From contig CM007989.1 in assembly GCA_002189035.1 (NCBI GenBank), forward strand, positions 3,224,001 to 3,288,000: a stretch of DNA of 64,000 bases, given 5' to 3'. Positions 46,951 to 63,099 of this stretch are shown piece after piece. The translations under genes were made by a program, and so were the position numbers. This stretch comes from Utricularia gibba. Taxonomy: Eukaryota; Plantae; Magnoliophyta. Position 1 is the first letter of the stretch, and each line of letters starts with the position of its first letter. Under the pieces are notes generated by a model. The model was not told the origin of the DNA and made no database searches. It was given only the letters and a program-made list of their open reading frames with translations.

Positions 46951-47552
46951 GTAAGTAGTATAAATTATTACATTTACCCTTTTGCACATGCATGTTCATG
47001 TTCTAGATATGTACATTTTTTTCATGTAGATTGAGTTTGAGGGAAAGGATAAGCACAGTAACTTCTTTATGACAGATTCGAGAATCTCCGGTCGTTTAAT
47101 TCTGAGTGGAGGAGATGCAATCATGTTACAAACAACAACCAGAGCATGTTGGTCCTACTTAGTAATTACATGCACCACAGATTCCTGTTGCCATCACATG
47201 TATGTGCCTTCATGTTTAGTCCTATTCTATCTGACTAATATCACGTTTGTCTGTCTACACAGATGTGGCAACTAAATGGACTGAAATATAGAAGCTTTGT
47301 GGCCGCAGCATGTGCATTGTACCAATGAAACAGAGGTGTGTGTGTGGGGTGGGGGTCATGACAGTTGTATTTTAGCAAATTGCAATGGAAAAGAAGGTGA
47401 TGGGTGATACAACTTTCTGTACAAAAACAGAAACAAGTTTCAGGTCATCACGTGCGGAAGAAGCTAAAAGGGGCCACGACTAGGGGGATGGAGAGGAAAA
47501 AATAAAAAATCTTTACCGTCGGTAAGATGGGGTGATTCAACCAAACTCGGCC

Positions 47553-50444
47553 TTATTCCAGCTGCTCCTTCTTGGGTTCGGCAGGGAAGTATTTTATGCC
47601 TACAAGATCACCAACTTCGCTGATGCTCTGTTGGGACAACAACGCGCGTTAAGTAGCCAAAAAGAAAAAAAGAAAAAACTATGAGAAGCTTATAGTTTCT
47701 TCGAGGAATTCACTGACCTCCAAAGCCTTGACAAGGTCTTCCTTTGTATGAGCGGCGGAAATGCAAATTCGAGCACGCGCCAAGAGTAATGGAGTGGCTG
47801 GAAATGCGACAGTGACTACAGCCACCTGTAAATGAAAAGAAGATTGTCTTAAACAGACCAAGGGGAGAGTACATTTGAGAAGTTGGAGCGGTGTATTGAA
47901 GACTTGCATTTCGCTTGAGGCACTCCCGTGAGAAAGCGGGGATTTTTGCAGGATTGTACAGCATTATAGGCATTACAGGCGAATCATTATCACCGAGGAC
48001 CTCAAATCCCCTTTTCTGCAGTTCGGACCGGAAGAAATTGCTATTTTCTCGTATCTTGGCTAATTTTTGAGCACCTGCCCCAAGACATGAAAAATAGTCA
48101 ATGCACTCCTGTCATGGAATACAAGGCATTGGTTAAAGAGAGAAATTACCTCTGCTGGAACCATCTTCCCAAGAACAACTTTGATGGCAGATATAATCTG
48201 CTGAGCACAAGGTGGTGATATTGACGTGGCATAAAGGTGAGCAGGGCAATTGTCTTTTAAGTATTGAATAAGTTCCTGAAAGCAGAAATGCCCGATTGAT
48301 AATTCCCACATGAAATGAATTGGAACTGGATAAAAAAAAAGTAGCAAAAGCGAAGTGCATAGGCAGCACAACACCTCATGAATGAATCTTCGGAAGGATA
48401 GCAAAATAAATAAAATGCAGAGTTAGAATCAAACAACAAATCATACAGAATATAACCTTTGATCCTGCAATGTAACCACCGCATGATCCAAAAGATTTAG
48501 TGAAAGTTCCCATCATAATATCAACATCTGCAGTATCGACACCTAAGAGCTCACAAACACCCCTTCCAGACTTCCCAACTGCACCAATGCTGTGAGCCTC
48601 GTCTAAATAAACATAAGCCTGTTTCATTTACGGCATCAAGAATAAAAGAAATGAACTCATCTGATGCTCATGAAAAAGGTATGAAATATTAATCAGGACA
48701 ATCAAATAGGAATACGTACCTTGTACTTTTTGCATATTGAAACAATTTCCGGTAGCTTACAGATTTCTCCTTCCATGCTATATATTCCCTCAACCACAAC
48801 CATTATTTTTTTCCAAGGCCTGTGTGTTCTTGGCTGTCCATCAGCAATTTGCTCCCTCAAAACCTTCTCAAGATGTGATGGTGCTACACAAAAAAAAAAA
48901 AAAAAAGAAAAAAACTGTAAGAACTGCTCATTTCATGAGTTGCAGGTATCAAAATAAAAAAAGGTCTGACGTACTATTATGTTGAAACACTCGAATAGTG
49001 GCTCCAGATCCTCGAGCTCCATTAACAATAGAGTTATGATTCAAAGAATCACTGATAATCAAACTTCCCTAAGAATGTTTAAATGAACTAAGAAAACTCC
49101 AAAAAATTACAAGCATCCATGAACAATAATAATACAGGTACATAGCCACACCTTTCCCATCAGGACCGGAAGAATGGCAGAATTTGTCACATAGCCCATT
49201 CCAAACACTACAGCAGCTGGCTTACCAATAAAGTTTGCAACACAATCCTCCAATTCTGTATGCAAGTTGGTTGTGCCTACCCACGTGAAGTTATCCACAG
49301 CATTATTAGATGCCCTATCAGTATAAAAGTCTGTATTAACAAACAAATTTTACCTCCATCAACCCGGGCACTGCATGTGCTCGGAGTATATTTCTTCAGA
49401 GTCTCGATCACTCGAGGGGTGCAGTATTCATCAGCTGCTGCAAACCCCAGATAGTTGTATGACCCCAAATTGAGGCATCTTTTCAATCTGGTTGTTCTCC
49501 TAGACAAAATGCATCCATTATATGGTGCTTCAATTCCTTCACCGATTATAAGAAAAACCTTTGCATTAAATCTTATCACGCACATGACACCTAAGTTGAT
49601 GCCACTTTTTAATCAGGGACAGATTATCATGGAAGGAAACACTGTCGCTAAAAATCAAATTGAAAAAATTTTTTAGTAGACACAATACTCACTTCAGTGT
49701 TTTGTTACAGTCATGGGAGATACGCTCGACCACATCAAACCAAGCATCAGGGGGGCTGGATATAGGTCTATTGAAGCAATCCTACAAATGAAACAAAAAT
49801 TAATTTAGACTTATACTGTACGGAACAATCATTCCAAATATTCACTTTTAATGCTTTCATCCAGTCATGTCCTCATCTTTGGACTCGTAACATATTATTA
49901 TTTGAAAGAAGAGATTTCTATTCCCTGATTCGTTTCTAATTTCACCCGAGGTTCAGGTATTGCATGCCAAATTTCAGTTTGTACAATACATACTAATTCC
50001 ATCATTAAAAAATCCCTAAAGAAAATCAAAATGATAGATACCTATCAAGGACTCAATTCACTACAAATAAAAAACGCATACTTCATTAGAAAATTCCAGG
50101 AATGCGATAAGAAGCGAATTATAAAGCAGTAATGAAAGAACCTGAATCCGCAGATACAACCTCCGAATGTAGAAATCCTCCAAGCCCAAGCAGATCGGAG
50201 CGTATCCCTTACGAGTCAAGAATAAAAAACGAATAACAAGTCAACGAAAGCAAACCGCAAAAAGCGAACATTTCAAAGTGGAAGCTTTCACCGAAGCAGA
50301 AATCCAGAAATCACATACCTGAAGGTTGCTCTGGGACCACCATTCAAAGATCCTCCGGAAAAAATCTCGAAACTGTCCAAAAGCGAAGAGGAGGCCGTAG
50401 CTGAAGTAGGTCGTCAAGGCTGTAATATACGGGATTGTTATCAT
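47553..50444 (-). CDS. LCB2: Serine palmitoyltransferase subunit LCB2 (long-chain base biosynthesis protein 2), multi-exon; apparent frameshift at 48168-48170
   Basis: [76 protein letters not shown]-lysine motif [26 protein letters not shown] and ...[14 protein letters not shown]. Adding one G restores VLGEDGSSRG|AQKL; otherwise there is a premature TAG. Confidence 0.95.
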
Positions 50445-50855
50445 CGTGGCGGCTGCAGCTGCAACGGCGACGGCAGCAATCCGATCTGGCTGGCGCGGAG
50501 GAGGAAGAGAGATTGAAAAGTAGGAGAGAGAAATGAGAGAGGGAGATGATCCTGCGCGCTGACAAAATTTTATTCCAAATTTCGCTTTTTAATTTTTAAA
50601 ATAATGAAAATTCCACTTTGAGGAGTTTTTTTTCCCTTACTAAAAAAATTAAAAAAACTTTCAGACAAGGGACCCACATTTTAAATTGAAGAAATATTCT
50701 GATTTTATTTTATTCTTTTAAGAAATAAGAATATGAAGTGTTTGGAAACACAGCGAAGCATACTGAAGAAGAGATTGTTATATATGTACATGGAGATTAT
50801 TATACATGTACAGTACATACAGAGAAGAGAGCTTGGGAGGGAAGAAGATGGAGCT

Positions 50856-53347
<2,492 letters not shown>

Positions 53348-56288
53348 CGGATCAACTAAAGTGGATCTTCAGAAAGCTACAAATGCTGAATAGCATAATT
53401 CAAATACTGAATATGCGAACAGACATCATTCGAACCAGATGAAGACAGACCTAAACCAACGAACTGAGAATAGATGAGAGCTTAGAAGTTGCTAGCTTAG
53501 AGCGTCATTCAACGCCTGTACCCTTGTGAATATACTCCCAACTTCCATACTGGAGGAAATGTATCCTATCTGACGACAATGGACACCGTCACTCCAATGA
53601 AGCAGCAAGCATCCATAATAGCAAAGCACATAAAGAGGCGCAACACGAAAAATTATACCGATCACAAAAATCAATTTTTTTCCACTCTGAATGATTCATC
53701 ATCGAGCCCGAAACATAAACAAGATCGATTTGACTTAACCCCTAAAAACATTCAGAATCTTAGGTAGCAGAATGCGAATCAAATACTCTTCCTGTGCGAG
53801 AGTAGCCCACTAATACATCATGGTATAAAACAGATAAAAACATCAAAACATAAAATGGGGCGATCTCCCAGAATTCTTTTCCTGTATACGATAAAAAAAT
53901 CCATGTATTTCTAGGGACTATCAGAACTTCGGAAATGCCAAAATGAAGATGGAGAATGTACAGACCCAGAGTGCGAAAAATCACAAACAAAAGTCACCAA
54001 CTCCAGAAGATGATCGAGCAAACAATCTTCACACATACGCGAGAGCGAAAACAACCACAACTCACGCTCTTCAGAGATAATCAGAAAGTATTCAGAGCAG
54101 ATGATTGAGCACAATCCACACTATCGATACCCACAAGTAATCTAAAAAGATGGTAATCAAAAAGACCCACCAACCGGAGACATTTCCAGATTACAATATG
54201 AAGAAAACCAGATCAACTTGACGCTTATGTTTTCCTCTATCCTTCAAAAAGACTTGATTTTTCGTGTGGTTTCTGCTTTCTGAGAATATGGGATTTTATA
54301 TTTCAGGATGGCTCTACCCTCTAGGCCGAGAACAATAAAAAAAAAAAAAAAAAGCTTGTGCTTGCGGTCCCTCGCATTTCCACCCCTTCTCGCTTTCTCT
54401 ACACAAATCCTTGAGAAAAATTGACGTGTTACTTCTAGCTCTCGTTCTCTAGGCAGCCTTAAAAATGATATCTTGAATCGCTGATTCCTAACGTTGTATG
54501 TACTCATTAACGGCGTTTCGGTAGCGTTGGCACTACATTGATGGCTGATATTTCCAAGTTCATTGAACCACCTAAAACATGTCCTACACGCAAATGGCTT
54601 CACATGTATAAAGGTTCAGCAGCCCTTGGGCTTTAGAAATTTTCAAAGCAAGGTGAAAAAGTTATGAATAAAAATTGCAATAAAAGATGCTTTTCGACAG
54701 GAGACCAGACACGGGGATATTATTAGTTGCAGAGGAAGACATGGTATAATACAATGAGCCAAAGCACACAGCTTTTCGTGAACCAAGGGATTTTGTCTGC
54801 ATTCCATAGTAATGTGTTCCCACAATCATTTTGGAACAAGAAGTGGCATCGGTTGCCTGTTTTGTTTTTTCGGTTACAAACAATGAAGATAAAAGAACAT
54901 TCCTGTTGAAATGCAATAACCCCACCTCTCTGCATGCAACTTCTACAGAGATTGATTCACTCTTGTTCATGTTCATCACTCGACAGCAGCTCCTACACCG
55001 CTGCTGCAACAACAAGAAATGTTAGTGAAAAAGTCTAGATGAGAAACAGATGCACAGAAAATGCAAGGGTCGAAAGTTTAGTAATACCATTTCTCACAGA
55101 CTGGGATCAAGATCCTTCAGACTGCAACATTATACCGCTAGCATGAATAATATTTTTCTCACTAGATGTATGCATGTACTGAACACGGGCATTGATTCTC
55201 TGCTAGAGACTCTTGCTACCAGCCTTCTCAGATACATCACAATTCTGATTTAATCTGAAGACCACATATAGCATCACGCATTCAAGAAATATATTTTAAC
55301 TCTGATCGAAAACATGATTTTCAATCACATTGATACACAGGTTCAAACCATTTTTGCAAGAAAAGCATGCAATGAAATTTTCATTGTGCTAACGAATAGA
55401 GAAAAAGCAGCACATTCTCCAGGAGAAAAGTTTCAGGCAATCACTCCTACTAATGAAGTAACAAACAAGGCGATAACCTTTTCATCATATACATCCATTA
55501 TGCTACAAAGCATTAAGATAAACAAACCACAAAAAATACAGACATAATCATTAACCAAATTTTGATACAACAACGACATGTATATCAACGAAACTACTTT
55601 TTTCTGAACAAATAAAAAATTAACACCTTAGAACTCGCTAAATAAGAAAAAAAAAATGAAAACTACTCCAGAAATCCAACACTAACCCGCTTCATGAATT
55701 CGGCGTCAAATGGGCGCTTGCTGAAGTGCCAAAACCGAACCCTCCTCCCAAATGGCAGGCCCAAAGTATGCCGCCTCTGAATGCGGTCCCTCGGCATAAT
55801 GATCTAAACTCCTTGTGCTGGTACGGAGAATACAAGTACGCCGGAAGGAAATCATAATTATTAACAATTACGGGGGCTAAAATTGAACCCTTTGTTCGAA
55901 AATCATAATTCTTAACTCCGGAATGAAATCCGCCGAACTGAATTCCGGCAGCGAGCGAAGCCTGAAGGACGATAGAAGTTTGGGGCTTTTCTGGTAAAAG
56001 ATAACGGGCTTAACAATGGCCCATTATTAATTTCCGATATCAGTACAACCCAAAATCATGAACAATGGGCCGCTCCCAAAAGGCTTACATCACCAGTTTA
56101 CATAGTTCTGTACATTAAACACAAGATGATTGCTTGCTTGTCTTTCCCACTCACATTGTACTGTTCAATGGTAAAACCACTGCATACATCAGGCATCCTC
56201 TTTTACAGGATTGAGCTTCCAATGCTGCCTTAGAAGACAGTTGTGACCCTTGGTGATATCCACATAACTGCTAATGAACAATGCTGAG

Positions 56289-57935
56289 CTAATTCAGAAG
56301 GAAACTACTTCCAGCAATGTAATCCCTGGAGTTTCTGTACTCGCTGCTGAACCTCCGGCTTCTATGAGTCGCATAAAAGGATGTATCCAGGTAAACTGAG
56401 GAATACTTTGCACTATTGTTTCTTTTGAATCCGCAATCCTGTTCCCCTTTCAGTGCACATACGCAAACCCCATCAACACTCCTGCGACCACGGGTTGGCT
56501 CGATGCAATCAAAGGAGGAGCCAATCCTCCAACTGTTGATTCCCTGTACATTCTCACTAGCCTCGTTCATATGAATGTTGCTCGTATGATCATTCATGGA
56601 ATGGTCGCATCCTATTCCTGCAAATCCTTCGCTGTTCTTCGCCCGGAAACCGAGTGTTTCACAGATTCTCCTCCATGGAACAGGCTTCTTCATTGAAGTG
56701 ACTGAGTTGTATTCACCATCTGTAGCAGCATTGTTGTTAGATGCTTTTTTCACTTTTTCCAAACTTTTGTCCAGACTATTGTTCAAGTTCCAATCCTTCA
56801 ATTCTTTCTCAGTGATTACCAACTTAACATTTGCAGGAGATGCAACAGAATCTTCACAACCCATCACTTTCTTACCGGAACTACGAACAGAAGTAGACCG
56901 ATCAAAGCTACTCCATCGCATGGAAGATGAAGAATCTGAATTCGAGTAACTGGACCCAGAAGCTCCAGAGCTACTCTTTTCTTCTGCAGTAAAATGCCTT
57001 GTCCCTTCCATGGGCAACCCATGTTTTTCAAACCTGCTGACATTGCCCAAAATCCCATTGTCAACCAATGAAAGCATTGGCGCAAGCCTAGGAATTGTCC
57101 TTGCTATCCTGTACCCGTCCCACGAAGCCCTTGGCTGCTCTAAGGAAATCCCGTCGGCGCCAGGCGAGAACTCTGCACGTGTATCACAAGATCTTCTTCC
57201 TCCCACGATTGGAGAATGGCTCTCTCTCAACTTTTGCCTATAATGAAAGAATCTACGGTTCCTACTTTCCTCCGAAGCTTTATTTCCCTCTATGTTGTCA
57301 TCGGGTTTCCTCATATCCTTATTCTTTTTCTTCCATTTCAGAAGTTTCTTACTCGCAATCGAAGCAGCCCCAAGTAGATTTCCAGCCATCCCCTTCAAAT
57401 CCTTGGATATGCTATTTTTCTTATTGATCTCAAGATCTATGAACTCCCTCATTGTCTTGGATCCCTCTTCTTCATCTTCCCCACCACGCCCGGTATTCGA
57501 TACTTGCCCTCTTTCATCAAAACCCTTAACACGATCCTGCCTTTTAGTCTTCGAATCGATCACATTATAAGACACTCTCGAGACCCCAGCTTTCCTCCAA
57601 TCAACTCTCGGTTCACTCTCCGACCCATTCCTCAGATCCTCGGAACCGGAAAGCTGACACAGAGAACCCCTTGAGGACAACACATCGCAAGACTTACGAC
57701 GCGGCTCGTACAAATTCCCAGGATAACCCCCACACTTCGCCGGCGACACCACCGACTTGCACCGACGCAACTCCGCCCCCGCCGCAACCGAAACATCCAG
57801 GCCGCTAAGACGCTCCCGGAGACACGAAGCACATATTCCAGTAATGGACTCCTCCGGATGACGGTAGCATGGCGGCCGCCGCCTCGCGGCCGCGCACATC
57901 CGTGTCCTGGATCTAGTCTCCGGTCTAACAGCCAT
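56289..57935 (-). CDS. OCTOPUS-like (DUF740 / UPF0503) protein, intronless, intact
   Basis: CYRHPEESITGICASCLRERL, ELRRCKS, PRRKSCDV, KTMREFIDLE, GRRSCDT, PRASWDGY and KLVITEKEL. The start is probably the ATG at 57935; the ORF extends to 58052. Confidence 0.88.
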   Translation of the reverse strand: MAVRPETRSRTRMCAAARRRPPCYRHPEESITGICASCLRERLSGLDVSVAAGAELRRCKSVVSPAKCGGYPGNLYEPRRKSCDVLSSRGSLCQLSGSEDLRNGSESEPRVDWRKAGVSRVSYNVIDSKTKRQDRVKGFDERGQVSNTGRGGEDEEEGSKTMREFIDLEINKKNSISKDLKGMAGNLLGAASIASKKLLKWKKKNKDMRKPDDNIEGNKASEESRNRRFFHYRQKLRESHSPIVGGRRSCDTRAEFSPGADGISLEQPRASWDGYRIARTIPRLAPMLSLVDNGILGNVSRFEKHGLPMEGTRHFTAEEKSSSGASGSSYSNSDSSSSMRWSSFDRSTSVRSSGKKVMGCEDSVASPANVKLVITEKELKDWNLNNSLDKSLEKVKKASNNNAATDGEYNSVTSMKKPVPWRRICETLGFRAKNSEGFAGIGCDHSMNDHTSNIHMNEASENVQGINSWRIGSSFDCIEPTRGRRSVDGVCVCALKGEQDCGFKRNNSAKYSSVYLDTSFYATHRSRRFSSEYRNSRDYIAGSSFLLN

Positions 57936-60463
57936 ACCTTTTTCCCCTTTCGGGTGTGGAAGGCTATGGTTCCTATTATTAATGAACTTCATTTTGGGCT
58001 TCAATTTCAGCAGCGGCCCAATTTTCACTTCAGCCCCCTTTCCTTGATCCATTAATTATTCCTCTTTCCAACCACTCATGGCCCACTTAAATTTCCCATT
58101 AAATAAATAAATAAATAATTCCAAATCCGCATGTATTTGATTGTAGAATTAATAATACACCAAAAATATTTTAATAAAATATATGTATCATAAAAAATAT
58201 ATATTATTTTTAGCATAAATAATAAAAGAAAAATATCAAATAAACCACAGAGCATAGAATTGAAATTTACATATCATAAAATTACTAAATATCATATTCT
58301 AATCTAAATCCTTCATAAATCTTATCCTATTTAACAAATATAAGATTTTAATATATTTATTATCATTTAATACCAACTAATAATACACACCCATAAGATT
58401 TTTAAATTACCCAATTGGTTAATCCTCCTATTCAAATGCACCATTAAATTGTATATTTTATATCCACTAATGATCCCCATATTCCTTTTTTTTTATAAAG
58501 TCAAAATATAGGTGTGGTTATTTCCTCGCTTTAGGGTTGAGCGAGGCAGCATGACCCTTGCTTCTTGATGCAGCACGTCACATGCCCGAACAGCATGCGT
58601 TCTTCTATTTTCACAATTCGAATTCGAGTTGTTCGTACTTACAATAGTACTATCTTTCACGACATCAAAAGAAAGAAAACGAGAACAATAGTAGACTTAG
58701 CATCCCAACATTATGAATATTGACCTTAGCATAATAATAAATTAAGAATAACTTGTCCTCACACGAGTTGAATTTAATCTGTCCCCGGAGAAATAAGTAT
58801 ATTTTGTTCTTCCAAAGGCGTACCCCCGACCCATCGATGACGTCCATGCCCCGTATCGTACAAGTAACTTCATCGTACAACCGCTTCCTCGCATGTACTC
58901 CCACTGTACTCCCGTATCGCTTCCTGTGTACTACGCAAGCGAATTTCATGCGTCATTCCGCATTCCCTTTGGCGCATCACTCGCTAAAATGCGCATCTAG
59001 GGTTTGGAGATTATGAAAAATAGACGAGTAATGTTTGAAACAAATGTGGCATGTTGCAACATTCGCCTCAAATGATTTATGGCTCGTTTTTGGTATTGGG
59101 TGAATGCTCCCCTGTGCCAAAAAGGCGAATCCTTCTCGCTAGTGATTCATAAAGACGTGCTACAAAGTCTACCCATTGGGGAACTAAAGGGGCTACATTC
59201 ATTGAACAGTTTTTTGTAAAAAAAATAATGGATTTGGACATGATCCTCTTGCAATAAATGTCCACGTAGATATTTGTTAGTAGCATCTGTAGATCTTTAT
59301 TAGAGATCTTAACAGACCTAGTTGAGGGGTAAATGCTTCGCTTTTCCTGGGAAAAAGGGCGTGTGGTAACTGGTAATAGGTAATTAATTAGTGAGTAGCC
59401 AATTATGCGTTTGGTTTAGCTCCAAAGTCTAAATCTATGTTATAAAGTCACACTAACCCTTCTAAGTAAATGCTAATTATGCATCTTAGTGGATTTTAAC
59501 ACAACATTTGAAGATTTTCTCCTTTTTTTTCAAGTATCATGTCGTGGGGAATCAAGAAAAGATGTGGGTGTTGATGCAATGTGTGTAATGTGTGTTTTTC
59601 ACTTTACACTTTGTATTAAATTAAATGCAACGCACAGTTACGGGTGCATCATTGTTATGTACTGATCAACCTTGTTCGACTTTTTTAATAGGTTCATATC
59701 AAATATTTTATCTGAATTTTCCTAGATAAAATTTAAATCTTTTAGGATAAAATAAAATATTTTAAAAAAAGATGCAATTTTTTTTGAAAATCTTTGATTA
59801 AATCTTTATCGCAATAACCAAATCTTTGAATGCATCAAGACCATTTTAGTTTTCTTTAATTTATATCAAAATTATTATGAAAATCATAAAACATAATTTT
59901 TCTACAAAATATCAAATTGATAAAAAAATATAAAAAAGTGAAATAAAAGAAATGCGAGGTAATTTAACAGAATTATAAAAAGTACAAATGTAAATCATAT
60001 AAAATCACTTGTTACACACATACTTGTGCTTTGCACGTTAAATAATATATGTAACTAATGAAATATTTATATATATTACATTGTGAGTTAAATTTATTAA
60101 TAATTTTTTTGAATGATAATGAAACATAAATTCATGATTTGGCATCACCAATAATCATCATTCAAAAAGGAATGTTACTTTTCATTTTATAAATGAATTA
60201 ATGATAATTAATACTTATTTAAATAAACTTTTTACTAAGTATTTCATCTCTATACAAATCAATTCTCAATACATTTAATTCCGAACAAATTAAAATGAGT
60301 TATTTTAGGGCGAAAGGTGGTGGGTTTTAAGAAGCATGAGTGAGATAAGCAACAGGGAGTTGACAAAGCGCGATACAATAATCAATGGAAAGGATAAGCG
60401 CCGGCGTCTATATATACCGGACATACAACAGCATACACTAACGTTGCTTGAGAACACAGGGAG

Positions 60464-63099
60464 ATGGATACCCTAAGCCCCGGCATCATGGCGGCTGTAG
60501 CCGTGATAGTCACCGGATACTTCTTTCTGTGGTTGATGAACCCCACCACTTTCTACTACGGCACATGGATCAGCAACCTTAATAGAGAAACTTCCTCCAC
60601 TTACTTCGGCCCCTCGCAAGGTTCCCAGAAGCCCATCTCTCTCTCTCTCTCTCTCTCTCGATGGGATTTCTCTCCAGATCCTTGAGGTCATTTTTTGCTG
60701 TATGCAGGAGGGAGTCTGCTGGTGTACGTGCTTCCATGGATGCTAGTTGCAGTGTTGGGGTGCGCCTATCTTCATCTGGGGAAGAGATCAGGGTAACAAG
60801 GAATCAGTTTTAGCGTTTACTGTGATGGTTAATGGTATCATTTTTAGGGTTTTAAGTGGAAAAACTTCAACTTTGATTAGCAGGGCGAATGGCGGCCGCC
60901 GATGGGGCAAATGGAGGAGGCCGTTGATAATCAAAGGGCTGGGAATCGTTTCGATCGTGGAGACCGTCTTCTTCTTGATGTTCATGGCTCTTGTTGTCTG
61001 GAATATTGCCATGTATTTCGGCAACGACGTTGCGAAGGTTGGGCCCGCCGACGCCGCCAAAGCTGGAACCAAATTGTGAGTATTTAAATATTTAATTACT
61101 GTTCTTGATGTTATTAAATATTTGGTTTGTATGTAAAATAATTTCACCCATATTTAATGCTGAATGAATATTGGGACTCACGGTGGCCTTTTATGATCGG
61201 CAGATGGCAGGCGCGGCTGGAGTCGGCGGCGCTGTACTTTGGGATAGTCGGAAACTGGCCCCTGGCGCTCTTGTTCTTCCCGGTGACACGTGGCTCTTCG
61301 ATTTTGCCTCTTTTTGGGCTGACTTCTGAGTCGAGTATCAAGTATCACATCTGGGTGGGTCATGTGTCACTGGGCTTATTTACAGCCCATGGGCTTGGGT
61401 ACATCATTTATTGGGCCTCGACGCACCAGATATCTGAGATGGGAGAGTGGAGCAAGACCAGGGTCTCCAACGTCGCGGGAGAAATCTCTCTGGCGGCGGG
61501 GTTGATACTATGGGCCGCCACGTTCCCCGGAATCCGTCGGAGAATGTTCGAGGTTTTCTTCTACACGCATCATTTGTACGTGCTCTTCGTCGTCTTCTTC
61601 GTTCTGCATGTTCGAATCAGTGGCCACTTCGCCCTCTTGCTCCCCGGATTCTTTCTCTTCGCCATCGATCGTTATCTGAGATTCTTACAATCGAGGCGGA
61701 GTGTGCGTGTCCTCTCCGCTAGGGTTCTTCCCTGTGACACCGTGGAGCTCACCTTCGCCAAAACAAGGAGTAAGTGTTTCACATCGGGATTGCATCTGAT
61801 TCGTGAATGGATTTTCGAATTCGTACTTAGAAGTGGTTCATGTTTTGCAGCGCTGAGTTATACTCCAACGAGCATTTTGTTCCTGAACGTGCCTTCTATT
61901 TCGAAGTTGCAATGGCATCCTTTCACCATTTCCTCCAGCAGTAATCTCGAGCCTGATAAACTCTCGATTGTTTTAAAAAGCGATGGACTTTGGACTTCTA
62001 AACTCTACCAGCTCCTCTCTTCGTCTTCTCCCGTTGATCGACTCAGTGTTGCTTTAGAAGGGCCTTATGGACCAGCTTCAAGCACCATTTTAAGGTATCA
62101 CTTGCACTATCAGCATACAGTAAACCCATTTTAGCAGTTAATGGAGGTCTTCATGCCAAATATTCTTGTTTTCTTTTTCTACTTGTCTTCAGGCACGATG
62201 AACTGGTCATGATCAGCGGAGGCAGCGGCATAACACCATTCATCTCCATCATCAGAGAACTCATGTACAGTAGCCATACACTGAAGCAGAATATCCCCAA
62301 AGTGTTGCTCGTTTCCTCGTTCAAGAGCTCTGCTGATCTTGCTATGTTAGATCTCATCCTTCCAATTTCAAGCACCTCACCGGAGTTTCCAGAACTCCGA
62401 ATCGAGGCCTTTGTGACTAGAGAAATGCAACCTCCCCTCCAAAAGAAAAACATCAACACCATTCGGTTCAACCCCAGTCCTCGTGATTCACCCATGGCAC
62501 CAATTCTAGGCCAGAATGGCTGGTTATTGCTTGGTTTCATCATCTCCAGCTCCTTCACCATGTACCTTCTCCTCATTGGGTTCTTGACTCGTTTCCACAT
62601 ATACCCTATTGACCATAACACGGGCAAGAAATACCCCGCTTACTCAAGGGCCTTGCTTCATATGCTGTTCATTTGCCTCAGCATCATCATTGCATCCACT
62701 GCAGCTTTTCTTTGGACAAAGAGCAGAAATGCAAGGGAGGCTAATCAGATTCAGCACACTGGAAGCTCTTCTCCGGATTCCACAAAAGCTTCGGATATCG
62801 AACTTGAAAGCTTGCCTCAGCAATCCTTGTCTCAGTCTATAAACCTTCACTATGGTGAAAGGGCAGACCTAAGAAGTAAGTTAGCCACTTTGAGCTTTCT
62901 CATTCCGCTTTCTGGAAAACTTGAATCACGCATCACTACATGCATTTTTTTTCGTGCAGAAATCTTGTTGGACCGCAAAGAATCAAACGTGGGTGTTCTC
63001 GTGTGCGGGCCAAGGAAACTGCGATATGAAGTTGCTAAGATCTGCTCCTCTGGATCGGCAGAAAATCTCCACTTTGAGTCCATCAGCTTCACATGGTGA
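60464..63099 (+). CDS. FRO2: Ferric reduction oxidase (FRO2-like clade), multi-exon, intact
   Basis: Heme-ligand regions SESSIKYHIWVGHV..FTAHG and FEVFFYTHHLY...LHV, FAD motif QWHPFTISS, VALEGPYGP, NADPH motifs LVMISGGSGITPFISI and GVLVCGP, and C-terminus LHFESISFTW*. GT-AG introns splice in frame. Confidence 0.95.
60636..60659. repeat. (TC)12 microsatellite in FRO intron 1
   Basis: Read directly from the sequence. Confidence 0.9.

Noticed and set aside
46970-47010. Possible Helitron 3' end (palindrome plus CTAG) after the PDH fragment
   Set aside because: The palindrome is short and AT-rich, and no matching 5' TC terminus or A/T insertion site could be defined.
58524-58546. Hairpin CCTCGCT-TTAGGGTTG-AGCGAGG with a telomere-like loop
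   Set aside because: A 7-bp stem is expected by chance, and there is no supporting RNA-gene context.
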